From a virus, in the IMG/VR virus record IMGVR_UViG_3300005758_000037, positions 1 through 64,000 of that record: a stretch of 64,000 nucleotides of DNA. One strand, given 5' to 3'. The first letter of the stretch is position 1, and each line of letters opens with the position of its first letter. The notes beneath the pieces were generated by a model. It was given only the letters and a program-made list of their open reading frames with translations. It was not told the DNA's origin and made no database searches. Below, piece after piece: positions 55,680 to 63,418 of this stretch. The position numbers and the translations under genes are program-made.

Positions 55680-55708
55680 TTGCACACCTGCATTGTATGT
55701 GCTATGAT
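55680..55708 (+). promoter_or_regulatory. rightward early promoter with extended -10
   Basis: TTGCAC (55680-55685), 17-nt spacer, TGc-TATGAT (55700-55708). A weaker TTGTCA-N17-TATTTT lies at 55640-55668. Confidence 0.55.
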
Positions 55709-55741
55709 TCGTTCATGTCAACACTCATGAAAGGAACAGAC

Positions 55742-56161
55742 ATGCTACTCAAGGAACAATTTGAAGCAACCATCGCACGTATTGGTATTGACGATGACAC
55801 CGACTATGATCTTGCCAGTATCATCTGGAAACGCTGTGAAGATGCCATGATTGGTAAGACCTCACAAGAACCTGTACTCTTGCACAAACCAACCAAGTAT
55901 CGCACGAGTAATGAGCAACTTACTCTGCAAGAGATTCAGTTTCTGAACCAAATCTTTGCTGGAATGCTCACCATTAGCTCGTATAACATTCGTGAACTCA
56001 AAGCAGTGACGCAAGAATTTTGGCTTCAATGCGATCCTGATAATTCTGAAACACAAGAATATTTTGAACATTTGAATCAACTTCGCAGCCTACAACGCAA
56101 ATTCAAGAAATCGCACAACCAACTGGCTACGATCCAACGCAAACTGAAGAAAAGTCGCTGA
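55742..56161 (+). CDS. hypothetical protein, first gene of rightward early block
   Basis: ATG at 55742 after AAAGGAA. The ORF-track version starting at 55619 would begin upstream of the promoter. Confidence 0.6.
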   Translation: MLLKEQFEATIARIGIDDDTDYDLASIIWKRCEDAMIGKTSQEPVLLHKPTKYRTSNEQLTLQEIQFLNQIFAGMLTISSYNIRELKAVTQEFWLQCDPDNSETQEYFEHLNQLRSLQRKFKKSHNQLATIQRKLKKSR

Positions 56162-56508
56162 TGAAACCAAAGAAACGCTATACACTGGTTGCTACTTGTT
56201 TTGACCGAAAAGGTCGTGTAATCGGTACTGGTACAAATGAATACCATCGGTCACATCCCTTGATGCAAGAATTTGCAGTGAAAGCTGGTGAATCTGAAGA
56301 GAAAATCTACAGACATGCTGAATTCAATGCAGTACTTGGTGCTGGTCGAAAAGATGTAGATAGTATCCTTGTACAGCGTTTCCATGCGAATGGTGATATG
56401 GCAAATGCAATGCCTTGTCCTACTTGCCAACAAATGCTAAAATCTTTCGGTGTTCGTCTTGTGCGCTATACACATCCAGATGGAATCAAGGAGTATGAAA
56501 TTGGCTGA
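56161..56508 (+). CDS. small CDA-fold zinc deaminase
   Basis: HAEFNAV ... PCPTCQQML (H-A-E / P-C-x-x-C zinc site) in a 115-aa protein. Confidence 0.7.
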   Translation: MKPKKRYTLVATCFDRKGRVIGTGTNEYHRSHPLMQEFAVKAGESEEKIYRHAEFNAVLGAGRKDVDSILVQRFHANGDMANAMPCPTCQQMLKSFGVRLVRYTHPDGIKEYEIG

Positions 56509-56947
56509 TCAAAAACAACTAGATGAAACGTACATGGGTACTGCCCTGCTGCATGCAAAGCTTTCCAAAGCCCGTAGAGCGCAGGTAGGAGCCATTTTGG
56601 TGACTAGTCATGGGGTAACCCTCACCGGATACAATGGAACCGCTACAGGACGTTCTAATGAATGTGAAGAATTGAAAGCTCAACCATTTCCACATGAACC
56701 TGCACTTGAAACAAAACCAGAAGTAATCCATGCAGAATTAAACTGCGTTCTCAAAGCTGCTCGTGAGGGTGTTAGTTGTATTGGTGCAACAGTCTATGTT
56801 ACACTTAGTCCTTGTATTCAATGCAGTGCAATGCTGGTTCAAGCTGGTGTTAAACGTGTTGTATACAAACAACAGTATCGTGATAATTCTGGTGTAGAAC
56901 TTCTGAAAAGCTGTGGTATACTTGTGCAATCCTATAACGAACTCTGA
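56495..56947 (+). CDS. dCMP deaminase
   Basis: ATG at 56495 after AAGGAG. ...VGAILVTSHGVTLTGYNG..., HAELNCV, TLSPCIQCSAMLVQAGVKRVVY. Confidence 0.85.
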   Translation: MKLADQKQLDETYMGTALLHAKLSKARRAQVGAILVTSHGVTLTGYNGTATGRSNECEELKAQPFPHEPALETKPEVIHAELNCVLKAAREGVSCIGATVYVTLSPCIQCSAMLVQAGVKRVVYKQQYRDNSGVELLKSCGILVQSYNEL

Positions 56948-56957
56948 AAGGTAAATT

Positions 56958-57278
56958 ATGCATCCAACACACGTTATTGATTTTGTAGATTTTAAATTGA
57001 AGCAATATCAAGAAAAGCATGATATCAGCTATGCCAAGTATTTAGAATATAAAGCCGAATACGATGCTAAATGGTATAATAAATTAGTTGGTTCAAAATA
57101 TACCGGAATGTGGGATTTTTGGGATTGGTTTCGATATTCACACTGGATTGATGAACTAAATGAAATTCGCAGAGAAGCAATTTATAAATCTAAGATGGAT
57201 TATACTGTAATGACTATTGATTCTAAATGGCATACTCATTTTTATAAATGGGCACAAGAGAATAACATTCCTTATTGA
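56958..57278 (+). CDS. hypothetical protein (Trp/Tyr-rich)
   Basis: 106-aa ORF in a tight gene array. Confidence 0.6.
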   Translation: MHPTHVIDFVDFKLKQYQEKHDISYAKYLEYKAEYDAKWYNKLVGSKYTGMWDFWDWFRYSHWIDELNEIRREAIYKSKMDYTVMTIDSKWHTHFYKWAQENNIPY

Positions 57279-57287
57279 AAGTAAATT

Positions 57288-57578
57288 ATGAAAATTTCAG
57301 CAGAAGTAAGACAATCAGTACATGTACAATTTGAGTTAAATCCGAATGAAGATTTTGATACACTACTAAAAGAATTCAATGAAACTATTTTTGAAACTGA
57401 TGAAGCCGGTTTGATTGATTTTATTTGTGGACAACTTACGAGCGACCCTTATTTTGTTGAAGGTATCGGTCCTGTTCAATATTCTAATAGTTTGAATTGG
57501 GAACTGGCAGATGAAGGTACAGTTTTGATGTATAATACATACAAAGATGAGCAGGAAGTAGAAGCACATTATGAGTAA
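57288..57578 (+). CDS. hypothetical acidic protein
   Basis: 96-aa ORF overlapping the next start. Confidence 0.6.
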   Translation: MKISAEVRQSVHVQFELNPNEDFDTLLKEFNETIFETDEAGLIDFICGQLTSDPYFVEGIGPVQYSNSLNWELADEGTVLMYNTYKDEQEVEAHYE

Positions 57579-57975
57579 AGCAACTTTGTATCTAATTCGT
57601 GGTGTACCGGGGGCAGGTAAGACTACTTTTGCTAACATGCTAAACAGTCGTTTGCTTGTTGATCGTGTATACGAAGCTGATCAATGGTTTTATGAGTATG
57701 ATGGTGTTTATAAATTTGATGCTACAAAACTCAGTGACGCACATGAACAATGCCAACGTAATACTCGAAAAGCATTGTCTGAAGGTTTGAATGTAGCTGT
57801 ATCTAATACTTCTTGTAGTGAATGGGAAGTAGCTACTTATGAACTAATTGCTAAAGAATTTGATGCTAATTTTGTGAGTATTATCATTGAGAATCGTCAT
57901 TGTAACGATAGTATTCACAATGTACCAAAAGAAAAAGTAGAACAGATGAAAAGGAAATTCAGTGTACGACTGTAA
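57571..57975 (+). CDS. P-loop polynucleotide-kinase-like protein
   Basis: Walker A LIRGVPGAGKTTFA followed by ..VYEADQWF.. (catalytic Asp position) in a compact 134-aa kinase-domain-only protein. Confidence 0.65.
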   Translation: MSKATLYLIRGVPGAGKTTFANMLNSRLLVDRVYEADQWFYEYDGVYKFDATKLSDAHEQCQRNTRKALSEGLNVAVSNTSCSEWEVATYELIAKEFDANFVSIIIENRHCNDSIHNVPKEKVEQMKRKFSVRL

Positions 57976-57986
57976 GGAGTTATGGA

Positions 57987-58841
57987 ATGTTAAACTATGA
58001 TCAACAAATGAATCTTGTCAATCGTGGTCTTGCAACCATGAAAAACGATGGTAAGTACACTACGTTCAAGTATGCTCGTAAAGCAATGTATGAGTATCTT
58101 TGGTTTGAAGTACCTGATCTTATGGAGTGCAGAGGTCATGTTTATGATAATGCTACGCATGAATTAGTACAGGCAGCACCACGTAAATCATTTAATTACC
58201 TTGAGCGTGGCTGGTGGGCCAATGCCTCTAGAACTACTCAAGTTGAAATGTTTAAAAAGATTAATGGATATATGGCATGTGCTACAATCCACAATGGTGA
58301 ACTTGTTGTATCAACTACAGGTACTACCACATCAGATTATGCAAAGTGGGCTAAAGAACTGATTGAAAAAGACTGGAAACTTTACGACATGGTTATCGAT
58401 TGTGAAGCCACTACTCTATTCGAAGTTGTAGTACCGCAAGACCCTCATATTGTCGAAGAACGAGAAGGTTTACATCTACTTGGTTGGCGTGAAAAAGAAA
58501 ACGGTAAATTTCACCCTAATGGTAGACCAATTGTTTGCGATCTAGAATCTGCTCTGCAAATGGCAGATGAAGACAAAGGTGAAGGTTTTATGGTATACCC
58601 TGTCGGAGTTCATAATACATGTTGTAAAATCAAGACACCTTACTATATTGGTAAGAAAAAATTGATGCGTATGACAGCAAAAAATGTAGAGTTGATGTAT
58701 ACTCAAACACGAACCATCGAGAATCAACTTCCTGAAATGTGGAAGTTTGCACCTCAGATGATTATGGAGCATCATACGAAAGAAGTCTGGTCAAATTCTA
58801 CTGATCAAGAACGTAGAAAGTTTTTGGAGTATATTGAATAA
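57987..58841 (+). CDS. RNA-ligase-like nucleotidyltransferase
   Basis: Covalent-NTase motif series: I FKKINGYMA (K-x-N-G variant), III TLFEVVV, IV GEGFMVY, V CKIKTPYY. Confidence 0.6.
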   Translation: MLNYDQQMNLVNRGLATMKNDGKYTTFKYARKAMYEYLWFEVPDLMECRGHVYDNATHELVQAAPRKSFNYLERGWWANASRTTQVEMFKKINGYMACATIHNGELVVSTTGTTTSDYAKWAKELIEKDWKLYDMVIDCEATTLFEVVVPQDPHIVEEREGLHLLGWREKENGKFHPNGRPIVCDLESALQMADEDKGEGFMVYPVGVHNTCCKIKTPYYIGKKKLMRMTAKNVELMYTQTRTIENQLPEMWKFAPQMIMEHHTKEVWSNSTDQERRKFLEYIE

Positions 58842-59023
58842 TGAACTACCCAATTAAAACACCAAGTGGAAAGAGTTATATTACAATTATTGATGTTAAT
58901 AAAAATATATTTAATATAAGACTTGATGAATATCAAAATCTTTCGGTAGTACTTGATAAAAAGTGCATCCCTGATATGATTAAAATTTTACAGGAGATAA
59001 ATGGTGAAAATTTTCACAAGTGA
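58841..59023 (+). CDS. hypothetical protein (60 aa)
   Basis: ORF coupled to the ligase-like gene (TAATG) and overlapping the phosphoesterase start. Confidence 0.5.
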   Translation: MNYPIKTPSGKSYITIIDVNKNIFNIRLDEYQNLSVVLDKKCIPDMIKILQEINGENFHK

Positions 59024-59579
59024 TCTGCATTTTGGACATAACCGAATTGTAGAATTTACAAATCGTGCTGTTGATTGTGGTTCGCAAAGTAATCACACGC
59101 AATGGCTCATTGATCTTTGGAATACTGAAGTGTCTGCTGGTGATGTTGTCTATCACCTTGGTGACTTTTCATTCTTTAAAAAGTACGAAGATGTTGCTGG
59201 CGTAGCATGTCAACTTAAAGGCAATAAGATTTTTATCAAGGGTAACCATGATCGTCGTGAGCATTTGGATCAACTTGTAAAAGATGATCTTATTACAGCA
59301 TGGTATGATTACAAGGAAATCAAACTTGGTGATACTTCTGTAGTACTTTTCCATTTTCCTATTGCCTCGTGGCACAAGCAAGGATATGGTGCATACCATT
59401 TACATGGTCATTGTCATGGTAATTTTAAGGATTCACATGGGAAAATGCTTGACGTAGGTATCGATAGCATGTATAATTTATATGGAGTTCATGGTTTTAT
59501 TGACGAGCATCAGATTCATACAATCATGAAAGAAAAAGAATTATATCTTGCAGATCAACATAGAAAGGATTTATCTTGA
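59001..59579 (+). CDS. calcineurin-like metallophosphoesterase
   Basis: AGGAG RBS. Motifs SDLHFGH, HLGDF, GNHD, FHFP, HGHCHG. Confidence 0.8.
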   Translation: MVKIFTSDLHFGHNRIVEFTNRAVDCGSQSNHTQWLIDLWNTEVSAGDVVYHLGDFSFFKKYEDVAGVACQLKGNKIFIKGNHDRREHLDQLVKDDLITAWYDYKEIKLGDTSVVLFHFPIASWHKQGYGAYHLHGHCHGNFKDSHGKMLDVGIDSMYNLYGVHGFIDEHQIHTIMKEKELYLADQHRKDLS

Positions 59580-60487
59580 CAATTAGCGCAACCGTAATCG
59601 CAGATAGCATTAGTCCAGAAGGTGTACGTATCACCACACTGGAACTGGAATACCCTCGTTTCATTCATGCTGAATTAATGACACATCGTGTGTTTAGTCG
59701 CAATAGTGCATCGAGTCGTGCTATTCCAATTAAGACAATGCTCGATACCATTATGTTTAATCCAGCCACACCTGTGCATTGGGGTAAAAACCAAGCGGGT
59801 ATGCAAGCTAAAGAAGAGTTGGAGCAACCACAAAAGATTCGGGCACAAGCTCTTTGGAATACGGCAAAATCTGCTGCTGTAAAATATTCAGATATGATGC
59901 ACGAAGCTGGTGTACACAAGCAAATTGCTAATCGTATCACTGAACCGTTCCAACACATGAAGGTAGTCGTAACATCTACTGAGTGGAATAATTGGGACTG
60001 GTTACGTTATCATCCTGATGCACAACCTGAAATTAAAGAACTGGCATACATGACAATTCTAGCTAGAAAAGATTCTATCCCTCAGAAACTAAAGCATGGT
60101 GAATGGCATGTACCTTATGTACAAACCAAGCGTCATGAAGCTGGTTATCTAGAATATTTTGATGAAACCGGTAAGCAAATCTCTGCACATGAAGCCATTA
60201 TGATCAGTGCCAGTTGCTGTGCCCAAACATCATATCGTAAATCAGATACCAGTCTAGAAAAGGCAGAAACGATCTACAAGCGATTAATTGAGAGTGAACC
60301 GTGTCATGCCTCACCTGTAGAGCATCAAGCCGCTGTGATCGATTTTACCTATGCACAAGCTTGGGATTCAAATAGTTGGCCTGTTGGTGTAACACATGTT
60401 GATCGCTATGGTGTTTTCTGGTCTGGTAATTTCCGTGGTTGGGTGCAGTATCGCCAACTCGTACCTAATAACGCAAAGAAAGGTTAA
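59576..60487 (+). CDS. thyX: flavin-dependent thymidylate synthase
   Basis: ThyX signature ELMTHRVFSRNSASSRAIP (RHR..S....S.R variant). 303 aa. TTG start overlapping the upstream stop. Confidence 0.85.
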   Translation: MTISATVIADSISPEGVRITTLELEYPRFIHAELMTHRVFSRNSASSRAIPIKTMLDTIMFNPATPVHWGKNQAGMQAKEELEQPQKIRAQALWNTAKSAAVKYSDMMHEAGVHKQIANRITEPFQHMKVVVTSTEWNNWDWLRYHPDAQPEIKELAYMTILARKDSIPQKLKHGEWHVPYVQTKRHEAGYLEYFDETGKQISAHEAIMISASCCAQTSYRKSDTSLEKAETIYKRLIESEPCHASPVEHQAAVIDFTYAQAWDSNSWPVGVTHVDRYGVFWSGNFRGWVQYRQLVPNNAKKG

Positions 60488-60489
60488 TT

Positions 60490-60717
60490 ATGATTAACGA
60501 AATTGACATTAAAGATTGGCAGATGCTAACCGAACCATTACAACTGAAAGAACTAAAAGAAAAAGACTTATTTAGTTTTGAGGGTAGTGATTGTATTTTT
60601 GAATATTATGCAAAACTAGGTGAAAGAATTATTGCAACTTTTCATGCTGATAACATTCCAATTACTTTTACATTTCCAGAATTCATTAAAGTATACAAAT
60701 GGCAAAAGCTGGTGTAA
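60490..60717 (+). CDS. hypothetical protein (75 aa)
   Basis: Tightly packed ORF. Confidence 0.55.
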   Translation: MINEIDIKDWQMLTEPLQLKELKEKDLFSFEGSDCIFEYYAKLGERIIATFHADNIPITFTFPEFIKVYKWQKLV

Positions 60718-61106
60718 ATAAAAGCAAGGCACACAAACAACTCATGAAGATGGTAGCTGAAAGTTCTGGCTATCTTCTTTATGAAGTTGAAGATGTATTA
60801 GATCACTTAATTGGTAATATTCAACTACTTCTTGCAGAAGGTGTAGATGTGAAGTTATCAGGTCTTGGTACGATTAGGGTTTCTCCTATGAATGTAAATA
60901 ATACGCTGAACGGTAAAAAAGTGTGTTATACTACGCATCGTCTGTCGTTAGCAACAGATGAACCAATGCGTAGATATTTACAGGAGAACTATGTTGGAAG
61001 ATCAAATCCCGATGAATTGCAAGACGAGCGAAAGCAAGTCGGTGTGGCCCTTTCCCATGCACAACGGACAGAGAACGGAGGAAAGTCAGAAGCTTCTGAA
61101 CACTAA
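60699..61106 (+). CDS. HU/IHF-like DNA-binding protein with C-terminal extension
   Basis: ...LMKMVAESSGY...VLDHLIGNIQLLLAEGVDVKLSGLGTIRVSPMN...GKKV... parallels the HU-fold pattern (..L.GFG.F.V..R...). About 45 extra charged C-terminal residues. Confidence 0.55.
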   Translation: MAKAGVNKSKAHKQLMKMVAESSGYLLYEVEDVLDHLIGNIQLLLAEGVDVKLSGLGTIRVSPMNVNNTLNGKKVCYTTHRLSLATDEPMRRYLQENYVGRSNPDELQDERKQVGVALSHAQRTENGGKSEASEH

Positions 61107-61163
61107 GCGTTTTCCTAAACAAAAGGAAGACCTTTCAGATTGTGAAGAAGCTCTGCTATAATA

Positions 61164-61598
61164 ATGAAAATACTAAGTGTAGATAGAATCCTAAGTACAA
61201 AAGGATTACCATCGTGGATTTATAAGGCTGCATTTGAATTAAAAGTAGGTGGTTATCTTCCGACTGGAGAATTCTTTGAGAAACTAGATGATGTAGAATT
61301 ACAACATTTACGAGAGTGTGCAAAGAATGTAAGTACAAAAGATTTTTTTAGTTTTGAAACAATGTCACGAGAAGCTGAAGAAAATCTTGAATTCTTATCT
61401 TTACTGTGCTTTATTCTTGCTATTGGTGAAGGTGAAGTAGAAGTAACACCAGATATGCTTTCTACATTACTTGAATCACTGTTTATTTTCATCAGTATTG
61501 AGCATATGTATCGTCAATCAGAAATTGATGTTCTGCGTGAAAACTATTCTCTAATCGATGGTAATAAGTCTGTCATTAAAGCGAAAGGATCAAAATGA
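61164..61598 (+). CDS. hypothetical protein
   Basis: 144-aa ORF, ATGA-coupled to the next gene. Confidence 0.6.
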   Translation: MKILSVDRILSTKGLPSWIYKAAFELKVGGYLPTGEFFEKLDDVELQHLRECAKNVSTKDFFSFETMSREAEENLEFLSLLCFILAIGEGEVEVTPDMLSTLLESLFIFISIEHMYRQSEIDVLRENYSLIDGNKSVIKAKGSK

Positions 61599-62071
61599 GA
61601 GTTCATATTGGTAGATTTCCAAAAAATGGAAGCAATCGCAAAATTTCTGTTAAACTCCATAAGTGGGATAGTTGGAATGCAGATAATACAATTGCTATAA
61701 TTGCACATCCTCTTTTGATTCAATTAAAAGAAAAAAAACATGGCGCACCATTGGTTGATGATGAAGATGTTCCAGATGAATTAAAATCAACATCAGCACC
61801 TCCAAAAGAAAATGATTATGACGTAGATGGTAATCACTTTAAACGGTGGGATTGGGTAATGGATGAAATGATCTTTGCAATGCAAGAAATTGCACGAGAA
61901 GATGATGGTGATTCACAATTTTATGATCATTCAGAAGTTGATGACTCTACTGATATAAATACACAAGTAAAGCAAATCAAAGTTGATCGTGCAGGTCTTG
62001 AGGCATATCATAAACGTATTCAAAATGGATGTGTTTTATTCGGTAAATATTTTCAAAATCTTTGGGATTAA
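61595..62071 (+). CDS. hypothetical protein
   Basis: 158-aa ORF. Confidence 0.6.
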   Translation: MRVHIGRFPKNGSNRKISVKLHKWDSWNADNTIAIIAHPLLIQLKEKKHGAPLVDDEDVPDELKSTSAPPKENDYDVDGNHFKRWDWVMDEMIFAMQEIAREDDGDSQFYDHSEVDDSTDINTQVKQIKVDRAGLEAYHKRIQNGCVLFGKYFQNLWD

Positions 62072-62073
62072 TC

Positions 62074-62340
62074 ATGAAAACATATGAAGATTTAGAACGT
62101 GAAGCTTATATTCGTGGTGATATTGCACTTGCTAATTTATATTCAAAAGCAATTGAATTAGATGAAGCTCTTGAAGAATTAGATGATGGAAGTCATTCAC
62201 GATATGAAATTGATCGACTTGAAGACGAAATTAGTGATCTAGAAGCTGATTTAGAGTATTATAGAGAACGAGCAATTAGAGCAGAGGCAGCACTTGAAGA
62301 AATTGAATTACAAAACGAAGAATTCCAACAAAAAGATTGA
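62074..62340 (+). CDS. hypothetical highly acidic coiled-coil protein
   Basis: ATG at 62074, 88 aa, rich in Glu/Asp/Leu. Confidence 0.55.
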   Translation: MKTYEDLEREAYIRGDIALANLYSKAIELDEALEELDDGSHSRYEIDRLEDEISDLEADLEYYRERAIRAEAALEEIELQNEEFQQKD

Positions 62341-62366
62341 CAAAGCGATTGAAATTGATGTATACT
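62337..62366 (+). promoter_or_regulatory. sigma70-type promoter
   Basis: TTGACA (62337-62342, overlapping the upstream stop codon), 18-nt spacer, TATACT (62361-62366). Confidence 0.5.
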
Positions 62367-62471
62367 CTAGGTTCTCTGAATCTGACTTAGAGTTTGTACA
62401 TAAAGAAGATGAAGAAAGTGCATTGTATCTAATGGATAGTTACAATGAGTTTAACCAAGAAAGGAAATATT

Positions 62472-62678
62472 ATGACTGAACAAGAATTCAAACAAGCCCT
62501 AGACAAAGTAGTACTAGAAGGTATTAACAAACTTGGCCCCGGTGTAGTACTGGGTGGTCTAGCAATCGTAAGTCGTTTTACTGAAGTTGTATACGACATG
62601 AATACTGTTGCTAATCTACAGGCCGCAACTCAAAAAGCAGCAGAAGAATCTGGTTCACTAAGCAAAGCCAATGACTGA
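62472..62678 (+). CDS. hypothetical protein (68 aa)
   Basis: ATG at 62472 after AAAGGAAA. Contains a hydrophobic Gly-rich segment. Confidence 0.55.
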   Translation: MTEQEFKQALDKVVLEGINKLGPGVVLGGLAIVSRFTEVVYDMNTVANLQAATQKAAEESGSLSKAND

Positions 62679-62838
62679 AGATGAATTTGAGTACAGACTT
62701 CAAGAATTGGTTTATGAAGCTAATCAAGAAGAAGTACCAATTGATTACATTTATTCAATTCTAAATCGTCAAACAATCATTGCCGAAACCATATTGCGTC
62801 TAGGCATTGAAAAAGCATACAAAGAAAGGTTTCACTGA
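62671..62838 (+). CDS. small protein (55 aa, below ORF-track cutoff)
   Basis: The ATG overlaps the upstream stop. MTEDEFEYRLQELVYEANQEEVPIDYIYSILNRQTIIAETILRLGIEKAYKERFH. Confidence 0.45.
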   Translation: MTEDEFEYRLQELVYEANQEEVPIDYIYSILNRQTIIAETILRLGIEKAYKERFH

Positions 62839-62969
62839 TGAAATACGTAGTTAAGTTCACAAACGGATACTGGAAAGTTTTTGATACTGTTCAGTATTCT
62901 GACTTCATGCTCTGCAACCTCAAGACTGAGGCAGAGTTTCACTGCAAGCGTTTGAACGCTAAAGGTTAA
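62838..62969 (+). CDS. small protein (43 aa, below ORF-track cutoff)
   Basis: ATGA-type overlap with the previous ORF, followed by a terminator. Confidence 0.4.
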   Translation: MKYVVKFTNGYWKVFDTVQYSDFMLCNLKTEAEFHCKRLNAKG

Positions 62970-62978
62970 AACCTTTCT

Positions 62979-63009
62979 GCCTGTGGGGTTATTCCTACAG
63001 GCTATTTTT
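62979..63009 (+). terminator. intrinsic terminator
   Basis: GCCTGTGGG-gttatt-CCTACAGGC followed by TATTTTT. Confidence 0.7.
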
Positions 63010-63012
63010 CTG

Positions 63013-63021
63013 TGCTACAAT
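63013..63021 (+). promoter_or_regulatory. possible extended -10 promoter element
   Basis: TGc-TACAAT immediately after the terminator, with no good -35. Confidence 0.3.
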
Positions 63022-63080
63022 ACACCCACAGTCAGCCAACAAAGTTGACTTCTCATCATCAACAAACAAGGAGTAATCTG

Positions 63081-63251
63081 ATGAAACACCAAGCCGAATA
63101 CGAAGTACTGATTGTTCGCAACACTTGCATCAATCGTTTGTACGATGTGGTTCGTGTAGACTACATGAATGAAGATGTAGAATTCATTGCACAAGCACTT
63201 GAATATGAAGATGCTGTGGGTCTTGTTGTCGAACTTGAAGAAACCAACTAA
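63081..63251 (+). CDS. hypothetical protein (56 aa)
   Basis: ATG at 63081 after AAGGAG. Confidence 0.5.
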   Translation: MKHQAEYEVLIVRNTCINRLYDVVRVDYMNEDVEFIAQALEYEDAVGLVVELEETN

Positions 63252-63264
63252 TTGATTGAGTAAA

Positions 63265-63417
63265 ATGCAATCCTCTTACTTTAAAACCAGCAAAGAAAAA
63301 ACCCGTAAATTTCGTCGTGAGTACGATGATGAACATCAGAATCGCCAATTTGAAAAGAAACGTGAGAAATATCGTGATGAACGTAGGAAACAAAAACGTC
63401 CTGAAAATTGGAGTTAA
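63265..63417 (+). CDS. small very basic protein (50 aa, below ORF-track cutoff)
   Basis: MQSSYFKTSKEKTRKFRREYDDEHQNRQFEKKREKYRDERRKQKRPENWS. Its composition resembles the basic linker of the HNH paralogues. Confidence 0.35.
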   Translation: MQSSYFKTSKEKTRKFRREYDDEHQNRQFEKKREKYRDERRKQKRPENWS

Positions 63418-63418
63418 T

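Noticed and set aside
61133-61162. Promoter TTCAGA-N17-TGc-TATAAT just before ORF 61164..61598
   Set aside because: The -10 ends two nt before the ATG, so a transcript from it would start inside the coding sequence. Either it is fortuitous or it serves something else. It is not listed as a feature.
62294-62479. 61-aa ORF (TTG start) overlapping the preceding gene
   Set aside because: It has no ATG, it overlaps the upstream gene by 47 nt, and the interval contains a good promoter. It is treated as promoter plus leader.
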